DNA from: the human T2T-CHM13v2.0 reference genome, Homo sapiens
Assembly (NCBI RefSeq): GCF_009914755.1
Contig: NC_060931.1
Strand: one strand, 5' to 3'
DNA: 64,000 bases
Part shown: piece after piece, positions 29,711-42,150 of the stretch
How the letters are laid out: every line of letters starts with the position of its first letter
Numbering within the stretch: the stretch's first letter is position 1
Program-made: the position numbers and the translations under genes
The notes under the pieces: generated by a model
What the model was told of the DNA's origin: nothing
Databases searched by the model: none
What the model saw: the letters and a program-made list of their open reading frames with translations, nothing else

Positions 29711-30490
29711 ACACATGAAAAAATGCTCATCATCACTGGCCATCAGAGAAATGCAAATCAACACCACAATGAGATACCATCTCACACCAGTTAGAATGGC
29801 GATCATTAAAAAGTCAGGAAACAACAGGTGCTGGAGAGGATGTGGTGAAATAGGAACACTTTTACACTGTTGGTGGGACTGTAAACTAGTTCAACCATTG
29901 TGGAAGACAGTGTGGCGATTCCTCAAGGATCTAGAACCAGAAATACCATTTGACCCAGCCATCCCATTACTGGGTATATACCCAAAGGATTATAAATCAT
30001 GCTGCTATAAAGACACATGCACACGTATGTTTATATTGGCACTACTCACAATAGCAAAGACTTGGAACCAACCCAAATGCCCAACAACGATAGACTGGAT
30101 TAAGAAAATGTGGCACATATACACCATGGAATACTATGTAGCCATAAAAAATGATGAGTTCATGTCCTTTGTAGGGACATGGATGAAGCTGGAAAACATC
30201 ATTCTCAGCAAACTATCGCAAGGACAAAAAACCAAACACCACATATTCTCACTTATAGGTGGAAATTGAACAATGAGAACACGTGGACACAGGAAGGGGA
30301 ACATCACACACCGGGGACTGTTGTGGGGTGGGGGGAGGGTGGAGGGATAGCATTAGGAGATATACCTAATGCTAAATGACGAGTTACTAGGTTCAGCACA
30401 CCAACATGGCACATGTATACATATGTAACAAACCTGCACGTTGTGCACATGTATCCTAAAACTTAAAGTATAATAATAATAAAATTAAAC
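29711..30490 (+). mobile_element. 5'-truncated young L1PA (PA3-PA5-like) with open ORF2 C-terminus (29715-30269)
   Basis: 184-aa ORF with [18 protein letters not shown] zinc knuckle ending ...SLIGGN; G-rich 3'UTR; cctaaaacttaaagtataataataataaa. Confidence 0.97.
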
Positions 30491-31853
30491 AAAATATATA
30501 TGAAAATCCACAAAGAATAAAAATAGAACAAATAGCTTATTAATAAACTTTTCTACTCTAGATTGTCATTTTGGTATATTGTTGTTTGCATTAATAAGAC
30601 TGTGATGTCCTTGAATCTTAATTGTGTCTAATGGAATAAAATGCATCTGTATGTAGGAGAAAAAATATATAAATAATAACAAAGTTATTTACTATGCATT
30701 GAACTTAGAAGAATTATTCATATTTTAATAGCTTTTTTATTTTGTCAACTAGCAAACTATAACAATTCAACAATGTACAAATCTGTCAAGGAATTCTACA
30801 CGTTACTTCAAAGTAAAATTCCTGGACATCAAGGATAGAACAAGGCTCAGAGTGACTTGAAATCCAGTTTGTGTAATGAGGGCTTTAATTATCAGCTGGT
30901 GGCTGCATAAGCTTCATCTTCTCACTCATTGATTTAGGGCCTCTCTTTCCTTGTTCGGTAAAAATAGATATTAATAAAGACTTGAAGATTATCAATAAAT
31001 AATAAAATGCTACTACATTTTGTATGTAAAAAGGGGTAAATAGCAAATAGACATCTTACAATTGCATGCCTTATAAGTTATAAAAAATAAACCAACTAAT
31101 TTATTTGCTTCTGCATCTTCTGGAGAAAGGCTAGATAAAATATTTTGAACATAAATACACAAATTATTTACTTTCACTAAGTGTTAATGTCAAAGATTCA
31201 AGGAAATATAGAAATTTTTTATCTACACTGAGTAATCAGTCTATGAATAACTATAGACATTTATTACTTTATGCCAGCAACGTTTGCTATTTTTCAGATA
31301 AAAATCAGAGAAAAAAATATATAAATACATACAATTTTATTTTTCAATTTTATTTTGCAGCATAAAGAATGAACTTTAATCACTAAAACTTGGCTCAGCT
31401 CTCTAAAGGTAAATTAGATGCTAAATATACCATACATTTTTCCATGCATAATTTGTAAGTGTGTATAGAGAGTTTTTAAAAATAAAAATAGAAACTGAAC
31501 TTTCATTTTTTTATGTTTTTATGTTAAATACATAACATAAATGTTTTATACATTTATGTTGTTATGTTATGTTAAATACATAATGTAAATGTTTTTATGT
31601 TAAATGTTTCCCAAAAAATTATGAGAAAGAGCAGGTAATAGTTACGTTTAATGAAAGAACTATTAGAATGTCATATCTTACTGGAATGTTTCAAGTTTTT
31701 TGAAAGTTTATATTGTTACTAAAATATATCATTCCTTTCACACCAATAATTTTAGGCAATATTAAATCAAGAATAAAATTAGAACTGATATATATATATC
31801 AGTATATATATATATTTACATATATCAGTATGTTATGTATCTACATAGATAGG

Positions 31854-31854
<1 letters not shown>

Positions 31855-31898
<44 letters not shown>
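31855..31898 (+). repeat. (AGAT)11 tetranucleotide STR
   Basis: 11 perfect units counted. Confidence 0.97.
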
Positions 31899-31899
<1 letters not shown>

Positions 31900-32733
31900 T
31901 ACTACCATGGAAGCACATTTTACTTATTAATAGTGAAGCATGTTTTACTTATGACAGTTGTTTTGAAAATCTAACATTATGTACAATTTCACTCTCTAGT
32001 GAAATTCCAATTTAAATATATATGACTATTATTTATGTTCTAATCAAATTGTATCAAAGCAAACTTGACGATATGAATTTTATGTTGCAGTTATTAGAGA
32101 GAATTGTTAAATAAAATTCAGTATTATTTGATTATTCATAACAAAAAGTAATTGTTAGCATAGGTAATTGTAGGATTCTGTAAACACAGGCAATATAATT
32201 TATATAAATAATACATACTAGCATCAAATGTAACTGATTTTTAATTTCTTTTCAGATCATGACAATCAACAGAAACTGTAATAGAATGTATATAAAGTCA
32301 AAATTTAAATGTATTTAAGAATTTCGTAAACTTCCCGAATATCCAAAGTGTTTACCAAATAAGTATACAAAAGCAATGATTATTTATATAAATTACTATA
32401 AAAATAGAAATTGAAGGTTAAAAGATGTCAGCAATTAAACCACCCCCACCCAAGTGAACAACCAAAATGCAGAAGAAAACTATATTATGATACGTCAGGT
32501 TAAATTAAATACCTGAAAATGCATTGTGGTATAAAAAAAATACTTTAAATAAGAAGTTCAAAAGATGATAAAAGGAGACAAGTAAGTAGGAATACATCTA
32601 ACAAGGTTTGATCAAATCTAGGAAAGAAATTGAGGAAAATACAAATAGTCTTAGAAATTAAGCCTAAAATACAGGATACCTAAAAGAGAATGAAGCTGAT
32701 AATCATGCAGGAAAATGAATAAGAAAATTAATA

Positions 32734-33140
32734 TGTGGGAGACTGGAATATGCTTCCACAAAATATGAAGGATTTTTGAGCTGATTAGAAGACAATTAAG
32801 ACAACTAAGAAGACGCAGATGCAGAAAAGCTCTCTGCACTCCCTAAATTTGCCTAAAAGCACAGCGTAGATTTCAAAAACAAGATAACCTGTCCCACTTT
32901 CTACCAGGAAGAACAAATGTTAACCACTGAAGGCAAATTTAGACCCTAATTGGCCTGATGATGGTACCAGAGAAATTTACATTCACAATCTTTACTAACT
33001 AGCCTTTCTCTCACATTTATTTGCCTTTCCCCAAGTTACTGCCCATAGAGATTCAAAGTCTTTTTCCTTTGTTTTGTCACTTATCTAGAAATTTGCTGTT
33101 TTTTAAGATGCTATATAAACTGTAATTCAAAGCCATGCTA
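32734..33140 (+). mobile_element. ERV1 LTR, MER34-family-like
   Basis: tgtgggagactggaatatgcttccacaaaatatgaaggatttttgagctga start; TATA-like ctatataaa at ~33111. Confidence 0.65.
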
Positions 33141-33189
33141 CTTTGAAGTGCTGTGAGCAGGTAAGGCAAATATATATATATATGTAATT

Positions 33190-34070
33190 GGTGTCAACTC
33201 CAATAAAGATACATGGTTTTGCTCCCCAGTGTATAAGAGATACAATTTATTCAACTTGACATTAAGTGGCTACATGGTCTCTATCTGTGATGCTGTTTTA
33301 GTAAGGGCTTAGCTTTGGTCTCTACTGGAATATCATACATTTGACAAAGGCAAAGTTACATAGGCTTTTGTGACACAGAGTGCATACTTTTACTCCCACG
33401 CTTAGATTTCGTTGTTGGCGCCATGGCTATTCTACTCTTTGTTTCATTAGTGTGGCTGAGTGCAAGGTTTCTCTGACACTCATTGATTTCATAAGTCAAT
33501 CTGTTAACTCACTTTTTTATTTTGTTTTGTTTTAGTTTAAAATGACAATAAAAATTGTATATATTTATGTGTACATTGTCCCCCCAGGTTTTTTTAGTGC
33601 CTCCTACAGTAGATTCTCTTTTATGGGTATTTACATGAGACAGTTTCACACACAGTGCATGTTCATTTGGGTCCATCTATACACCTCTACCCCAGATCTC
33701 TTTGTCTCTAATTTTCCTAATTCCATGCTTCTGGGCTGCTGACCAAATGTCATGGCACGCTGTATATCCTTATACCAGCCCAATATTCCCTCCACACAGA
33801 GTAGACATCCAATAGTACTGCTCTAGCTCTTTTAACTGGGAATTTTTCTCTCATCATTCACTATTAGAGCCCTCTTTGAATGAAGTGTTAGCATGGTAGC
33901 AGTAGATTTTTGGCTTGCACTATCTTATCAGATTGAACTATTTGTAAACTAAGCTGAAGAATTTTCTCCCATGTCTGCTGGTCACAGAGGACGATTCACA
34001 AGGCCATACATGTTAGGTAGGTGAAGCATAGGCCAGGGCTATACTTAACACATGGGTTACACTCACTTGG
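33190..34070 (-). mobile_element. Ancient ERVL/MLT internal fragment (RNase H-integrase region)
   Basis: Revcomp cagcttagtttacaaatagttc resembles gcctggtttacagatggttc (WFTDGS) in the HERV-L at ~45712. Confidence 0.55.
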
Positions 34071-34294
34071 TCATAATGCATTAACATATTTATATATAGC
34101 TGGATCGGATTAGCTCACATACTATTGAAGATTTTCGCATAGATGTTTGTGAGAAATATTGGTCTGTAGAATTTTTTTTCTATCTAGTTTTTGCTTTTGG
34201 TATTAGGGTAATGCCGGCCTCATAAAAAGAGTGTGAGAATGATGTTATGTTTTATATTCTGAACATACTTTGTAGAACTATTACTAGTTTTTCT

Positions 34295-34364
34295 TATACC
34301 CATGTAACAAACCTGCACATGTACCCCCTGAATCTAAAATAAAAGTCGAAATTATTCTAAAAAA
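34295..34364 (+). mobile_element. Very short L1PA15/16-type 3' tail insertion
   Basis: tatacccatgtaacaaacctgcacatgtaccccctgaatctaaaataaaagt. Confidence 0.85.
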
Positions 34365-35165
34365 TTGGTAGAAGTTATCTGGATCTGGACTTTCTTTGTT
34401 GGAAAGGCTTTAAACTGTAAATACAATTTTGGTATAGAATATAGGACAATTTAGTATTTTTATCAAATAATTTGGCATTCTTAATTTATTAGAATAAATT
34501 TTTTTAATACCATATTCTTAGCTTTGGGGTTGTGTTGATATTCTCTTTCTTTCCAGATACTTGTAATTTATTTCTTCTCTATTTATTATAGTCACTTTTG
34601 TTGATTTTTCAGAGAAACAGGTTTTGTTTCATTTGTTTTCTCTATTGTTTTTCAGTTGTCAATTTTATGATTTCTGTTTGTTATTCTTTTCTTCCTTATG
34701 CTTAGAGATTAATGTATTCCTCTTTTTAAAAATTTTCCTAAGTTGGAGGCTTAAACCATTCATTTGAAATCTTTATTCTTCTCTTGAATGACTATATAAT
34801 GGCATAAATATCCTCCTGAACATTGCTGTATCTACATGCCAAAATTGTTAATATGGACTTTCATTTTTTAGACAACTAAAACATTTTCTAATTTTTCTTA
34901 TAGTTTTCACCTTATTTGTTAATTATTTAGAAATGTTTTGTCTAATTTCCAAATATTTGGGGTGTTTTTAAGCTAGTTTGTTTTTCTTTTTCTTTTTTTT
35001 TTCATACAATTCCATTATGCTACTGGAACATACATTAAGTAATCCCAATTCTTTTAAATTTTTAAGGTTATATTTTCTGAATAAAGCAGAATATGATCAA
35101 GCAGTGGATGTTCCACATGCACTTGAAAGAATATCTACTCTATTTTCCTAGATTGTAGAAATGGC

Positions 35166-35492
35166 TTTTTGTTATTGTTGCTGTTGTTTTGTTTTCTTTT
35201 GTTTTGTTTTTGAGATGGAGTTTCGCTCTTGTTGCCCAGGCTGGAGTGCAATGGCCCAATCTTGGCTCACCACAACCTCTACCTCCTGATTCAAGTGATT
35301 CTCCTGCCTTAGCCTCCTGAGTAGCTAGGATTACAGGCATGCGCCACCATGCCCGGCTAATTTTGTATTTTTAGTAGAGACAGGGTTTCTCCATGTTGGT
35401 CAGGCCGCTCTCGAACTCCCGACCTCAGATGATCCACCCGCCTCCACCTCCCAAAGTGCTGGGATTACAGGAGTGAGCCATCATGCCCAGCC
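35166..35492 (-). mobile_element. AluSp-like
   Basis: gtttctccatgttggtcagg, actcccgacctc and gcaatgg diagnostics; GTTTT-patterned tail. Confidence 0.93.
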
Positions 35493-36118
35493 CTATATAT
35501 GTTAATTAGACCAAGTTGGTTGGTAGTGATTTTCAGGTCTTCTATATCACAGCTTTTATGAAAGTCTGCTGTTAACACACATCTAGGATTGTTATGGCTT
35601 CTTGGATACTTGATACTTTTATTATTATCTATCGTTACTTATCATTGGTAATATTTCCCTGCCAAAGCCTATTTAGTCTGATGTTAAAATAGCTATTCCC
35701 ACTCTCCCTTGATTACTATTTGCCTAATATATATTTTTCCATCCTTTTACCTTTAACATGTGTTTATATTTGAAGTGTGTGTTGTGTGTGTGTGACACAT
35801 GTACACACATATAGGTAGATATAACTTTTTTATTTACTCTGATGATTTTGTGGTTTGATAGGTTTCTGTATATTTATTGTAATTATAGATATGATTAGAT
35901 TGTAATCTGCTGTCTGCTAGCTATTTTATATTTGTTCCATGACTTCATTATTGAATTTTTATCCTTTTCTCTACCTTCTTATTAATTACTTAAACATTTC
36001 ATTTTGTCTCCAATAATCATATTATTTATTATGTATTCTTCTTTTTAGTTGTTCTCTTAGTATTTTTTTTTAATTCATCAGAGTCTGACTTTAAATAATA
36101 GTGTACCTCTTTATTTAT

Positions 36119-36254
36119 AATTTCAGTAGTTGACAATATGCCTTTAACTCTTCCTTCATAACCTTTGTGCTATTACTGTTATTTACAATTTAAGTAGTTG
36201 ACAATATGCCCTCAACTCTTCCCTCACAACCTTTGTGCTATTCCGGTTATGTAT
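36119..36254. repeat. 68-bp tandem duplication
   Basis: Two copies of aatttmagtagttgacaatatgcc...acctttgtgctatt, ~9 mismatches. Confidence 0.9.
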
Positions 36255-38439
36255 TTTAATTACACTTATGCTATAAATACACACAATAGCAATGACTAAT
36301 TTGCTTTAGAGAGTTCATAATCTTTACATGAATTAAACTCAAGAAAAAAAAATCTAGTTACATCCTTATTCCATTTCTAGCATTATTTAGTTTTGTGTAT
36401 ATGGATACATACTTATGTCTCTTATCCAGTTTCTACTGCCTAAAGAAGTTTACTAACATTCTTAATTCTCAACAATCTTTAATTCTGCTGGCAACGAATG
36501 TCCTCTGGTTTTTTTTTTTTTTTTTTGTAAGTAAAATGTATGGTGTAGTATTCATTGTTATTCCTTTGTATGTAATGTGTTTTGTTTCTATCACTGTCTT
36601 AAATATTTTTTTATCTTGGATGGTGAGCAGTTTATGTACAATATGCCCAAATATGCTTAGGTTTTTCATTTGTTTTGTTTACTTTTTTCAATTCTGTTTG
36701 GAATTACCTAAATGTATTGGTTTTGTGAGTTTCTGTTAATAAATTTATTATTTATTAAATTTAGTATCTTTCTTCAAATATTTATTTGGTTCCATTCCTT
36801 TCTCTTGAGATTTCAGTAACATATATTAGGCTGTTCTGAGTTCATTGAAATCATTCTTTCCGTTTCTAAAACAATTATTGTATTCCCATTTCATTGTTTT
36901 TTTATCATTTTCATGTTTCTGCTGAAATTACCTATCTGACATTGCATGTTATCTATTTTTTTCCACTAGAATCCTTAACATATAAATCATAGTTATTTTA
37001 AATTCTTATTGTGCAGTTGATATTTCTGAAGGGTCATCTCTAATTTCTTTTTATATTTCTAAATATTGAGCAGGGTATGATATGTGCATAGAAATAAATT
37101 TACAATGCATGCTCAAAATTACTGTTGATTATTAATGGTTTCCACAAAATTAAAACAGTGTATTAACATTGTAATCTTGAAGCAGTTAGGCACCAGTAAA
37201 ATTGCAATTAGTCCTAACACTCTGATTTATATAAAGCAAAAGAAAATTATACGTAGAATTAATGAGGTGGCCACAGTGTATCCAGTTAATTTGATTTTAA
37301 GTTGACAGCAGCATCGTTCATTAACTTTGGAAGAATATAATAAAACACACCAGAAGATAGAACTGGCCTAAAATTCATTTACATTATTCTTATCTTCTGG
37401 TTATAGAGTGTAGATAAGAAATTTAACTACAAAATATAAAAAATACAATTGATTTGATTATGAGCTTGATTTAATGAATTTTTCAGTAATGGATACTCCA
37501 TGTTTTACATTTTTTTTTACTTGATTGTGGAAAATAAATTGTTCTCAATGTTGGGATCTGGCTCTATCTAAAGGACACTATATACTTTCCACATAAGATA
37601 CATGATCAATGAAATTAGAAATTCATAGCACACTAATAATGTTCTGTTTTTGAATCATCTAGCAATGGTCAGAGAGCCTAATATACCAGAGAAAGCCAAA
37701 TAGTTTATTCTAAGGTAGTGTTTTGCAATTGAAAGTAAGTATTCTACTTATCATTTCTAGTTCTGTATATTTTCTGGGACAAAGAAATAAATTTTATTAT
37801 AATAAATCTTTGTTAAGTATTTCTAGAAGATATGGCTGTAAAAACATATACTTCCTGGCCTTTATATTAAATCAAATTACTTTTTAATTATTTTTAATCT
37901 CAATAGATTAAAATTTAACACAGACAGTAAAACACTGATACTGTCAAAACATGATTTGTTTGGTTATATGTAATATTCTTCCCTATTAAATCATACACCC
38001 TTCAGTCATGAAAAATTTTATTTCTACTATTGATGGAGCCCTAAATATGAATAAGGATATTGAATTTTCATACTATTAATAGCTTAACTATGAACAAGGG
38101 TGCTTGAATAACATCTCAAACTTATGGTTTTGTCTTGACTCAAGAGATTTAGAACAATGTTGACAAAATTAGTAAATATGGAAACTTGATCATCTTAGTA
38201 TAAATTGTGTAACTATTCTTAGCTAAGATTCATTAAGAATATAATACATAAGACTCGAGAAAATCGTACAGATGCTAAAAGATATAGTAACTGAGAAAGT
38301 ACCCAAGAATAAAAAGAATTAAATGATTCAAGGGCAAATGTATGATGAATTCTTCCTGCTATCAAAATTTTTTGGCATTACTTTTTAATCCAAATCCTAA
38401 ATGTTGGCCAGTTCAGCATCATCAGTAATAATAACACCA

Positions 38440-38620
38440 CTAGTTATAGCCTACACTTATTATTATTTTATTTGATAAGCATATCCTGCAACATGACCCA
38501 ACATCCTGGATCATCTCTGAAATCCAGTAATTTTTCTTTTAAAAACTACTTTGTAGGTATGAAGCAGAGGCTCAGAGGATAAGTAACTTGCTCAAGATTA
38601 CCCAGTTGTGATCTAAACAC
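38440..38620 (-). mobile_element. MIR fragment
   Basis: gaagcagaggctcagaggataagtaacttgctcaagattacccag MIR core, antisense. Confidence 0.7.
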
Positions 38621-38799
38621 AATACTTTTTTCACAACATCATACTTTATTTTTAAATTACAGTATAAAATGGAAAAAGGCATGTCCTCTATCTTAAATAA
38701 GTAAACTACTTCAACTCCATGTATACTTTATCACAATTTTTCCTTTTTTACAAGCCCACAATTTTAAAGAACTCTGACATTTTATTTACCTTACTCTTC

Positions 38800-39490
38800 A
38801 TATTCACTGTCACAAAACACTGCTATTTCTTCCCTTGAAATAGCTCTTCAGTGTGTCCTTTTCTGTATATTTCTACCACACTAATTCATATCCCAATCTC
38901 AGAACAACATAATAGTCTCTCCTTGCCTCTAGCTTCAAACTCATATCCCTGTCAGCTAAATTATTCCAAATTATCACGTTCATCAGAGGCCTCCCAGGAT
39001 TAAATGTCTACAAAAATCTTTATGATTAATAATATAGTTCAGACTTTCATCATTGTGTTTCACACAGAAACCAGTGAAATTATTCTCATGATCCCCCATC
39101 TTGGTATCTTCTTATATTACTATCTACACAGTTTCCAGAGTAATCTTATTGAAAGGCAAATTTGAACATATTTTCCCTGACACCAAATATTCAGTGATTT
39201 CTAAAGATTTAAGGTTAAATCCAGACTCCTCTACATAGGAAGGATGCACTGATGTCCTGTTGGCCCTACCACAATTGCCCTGCACCAAGACTTATTAACT
39301 GACTTGTATGCATTTTCTCATGATCTCTTTACTTGGAATCTTTTATACAACGCTTTTCTCCTGTGTACTTACACTTTCTTCCCCATCTCCTTTACATTAC
39401 TACACATCTCATTTTTCAGGTCCCAGCTCAAAAGATACCTACTTTTAAATGAATACTTTTCCACCCTATCTTTATATCCCAGAATGAATA
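38800..39490 (+). mobile_element. L2 fragment(s)
   Basis: aatagtctctccttgcctctagc...aaatccagactcct...tttttcaggtcccagctcaaaag. Confidence 0.6.
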
Positions 39491-41634
39491 GAACACATTT
39501 TTAAAATATTGAGGTAAAATTAACATATAATTAATTATTTTAATACACACAATTAGTGACATTTCCTACTTTCACATTGTTATGCAGCCATCACCTATAT
39601 CAACTTCCAGAATGATTTCATCATCCCCCATAAAACCTCATATGTTAAGCTCATGCATTTAATATCATATCTAAGAATCCATTGCCAAATCCAAGATTAC
39701 AAAAATTTACCCTTAAGTTTTCTTCTAAGCTTCAGTTTTGGTGTTGTATTTATGTCTATGTTTCATTTTTTTTATTTGGATACATGGTGTAAGATCTTGT
39801 ATACAGATATCTCATTATACCAGGAGCATTTGTTGAAGAGACTATACTTTACCTGTTGAACAGTCTTGGCACCTTTACTGAATTGGCCAGAGATGAATGG
39901 TTTTATTTCTGGACTCTCATCTCTATTCCATTGGTTTATATGTCTATTCTTATGCCAGTAACACACTTGTTTGATCACTGTAGCTTTGTCATAAATTTTG
40001 AAATATGGAGGTGTGCATCGTTTACTTGCTTTTTTTTTTTTTACCAGACATTTGTTCAAAGGACTTACTTTCATTCCATATGAATTTGGCATTCAGCTTT
40101 TCCATTTTCGCAAAAAAAAGTTTGTTGAAATTTTAATAGGGATTATATTGAATCTATAGACCACTCTGGGTAGTATTACCAATATTAAGTTTTCCAGTCC
40201 ATGAACACATATTGTTCTCAACTTATTTAGATCTTCTTAACTTCCTTCAGCAATGTTTTCAAGTTAATAGTGTACAGGTATTCCACCAGCCTGGTTAAAT
40301 TTAGCCCTGTGTATTTTGTTTTTTAGATGCTATTGTAAATGGGCTTGTTTTATTAAATTGTTTTGGGATTTTCTATTGCTAGTGTACAGATATGCAACTG
40401 ATTTTTGTATGTTAGCTATGGTTACTGTACTTTGCTGAAAAGTCTATTGGCTCTAGCAGTTTTTTTGTGGATTCTTGAGGTTTTTCAATATATAAGAAAA
40501 CATCATCTGCAAAAGGTTTACTATCTCCTATTTAACATGGATGCCTCTTATGTCTTTTTCTCTCTTAATTTCTTTGACTGGAAGAGGCACCATCAGTACG
40601 ATGGTGAACAGAAGTGGCAAAAATGAGCATCCTTATTTTTTGTTTCTGATCCTCGGAAGAAGGCTTTCTGTCTTCCAACATTGAGTAATCCTAAGTGTAG
40701 GCTTTCCATAAATGTCCTTTACCAGGTTGCTGGAGTTCTTTCCTATTATTAGTTTGAATATATTTTTGCAAATTTATGTTGAATTTTGTCAAATGATATT
40801 TTCTGAAATAATTGGAAAGATCATGTGGGGTTTTTTCTTCATTCTATTAATGTGGTGTGTTATAAGTATTGACTTTTGTATGTTGAACCACCCTTACTTT
40901 CCAAGTATAAATCCAACTTGGTCATGATATGTAATCCTTTTAAAATGCAGCTGGATTGGTTTGTTACTATATTGTTGAGAACTGCCATATCTATATGTAT
41001 CAGTGATATTTGGCTGTAGTTTTCTTGTGGTGTCTTTGGCATTAATTATATTTTTATTCTACTAGGGTCAGAGAAGATACTTTATATGATTTCTACCTTC
41101 TTAAATTTATTGAGAATTATTTGTAGCATAATATGTGATCTATCCTGAAGAATATTGCAGTCTCCAACTATTATTATAGAAAAGTCTATTTTTCCTTTTT
41201 AGTCTGTCAATTATAATGTATATGTTTAGTGGCTCTCTTATTTTTTGTGTATCTGCTTGTAACTCTTCTGTCTTCATGAAGAATTGACACATTTATCAAC
41301 ATGTAATATCACTCTTTGCCTCATGTAACAGTTTTTGACTTAAAATCTGTTTTGCCTGATATTAGTATGCCCACTGAATTTTGGTTGCTACCTGCATGGA
41401 ATGTCTTTCTCCATCTGTTCATTTTCAACATATTAGTGACTTCGTATTTGAGCCAGTCTCCTATAGACAAAATATAGTTGGATCATTTTTAAAATCCATT
41501 GTGCAGGCATTTGACTTTTAATAGGCAAGTTTAATTTAAAAAAAAAAAAAGAACTTCTGCACCACAAAATAAACTATCGAGAGATTGAGCAGACAACCAA
41601 CAGAATGAGAGAATATTTTCGTGAACTATGCATC

Positions 41635-42085
41635 TGTGATGGTTAATCCTGAGTGTCAGCTTGATTGGATTAAAGGACGCAAAGTATTGTTCCTGGGTGT
41701 GTCTGTGAGGTTGTTGCCAAAGGAAATTAACATTTGGATCAGTGGACTGGAGGAGGCAGACTCCCCCATACTCCAAGTGGGCACCATCTAATCAGCTGCC
41801 AGAATAGCCAGAATAAAAAGCAGGCAGAGGAACTTGGAGAGATTAGACTGGCTTAGCCTCCCAGCCTATGTCTTTCTCCCATACTGGATGGTTACTGCCC
41901 CCGAACATTACACTACAGGTTCTTCAGCTTTTGGACTTGGACTGGCTTCCTTGCTCCTCAGCTTGCAGGTGGCCTATTGTGGGACCTTGTGATCATGTAA
42001 GTTAATGCTCCTTAATAAACTTCCCTTTATACTTTATATATACATCTATCCTATTAGTTCTGTCTGTCCAGATAACCCTAACACA
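41635..42085 (+). mobile_element. 5' LTR (MLT2A1/2)
   Basis: tgtgatggttaat...aataaa...ctaacaca; homologous to 47748-48193. Confidence 0.95.
41662..41672 (-). promoter_or_regulatory. DUX4 motif TAATCCAATCA, overlapping a TAATCC K50-homeodomain site
   Basis: TGATTGGATTA on + strand; binding not shown. Confidence 0.55.
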
Positions 42086-42090
42086 GATTT

Positions 42091-42105
42091 TGGTACCAGC
42101 AGTAT
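42091..42105 (+). other. Primer-binding site, tRNA-Leu type, degenerate
   Basis: tggtaccagcagt shortly after 5' LTR, as in ERV-L. Confidence 0.7.
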
Positions 42106-42150
42106 TTCCAAAGGAACAGAATATTAAGGATAGAGTTCTTTCATTGGTTT

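Larger units (their letters stand above)
34085..37040 (-). mobile_element. Old L1M ORF2-ORF1 fragments
   Basis: gaagattttcgcatagatgtttgtgagaaatattggtctgtag and further antisense L1 text; interrupted by a short L1 tail and an Alu. Confidence 0.65.

Noticed and set aside
32235-32260. Strong-looking splice acceptor (ttaatttcttttcag)
   Set aside because: No convincing nearby donor or reading frame
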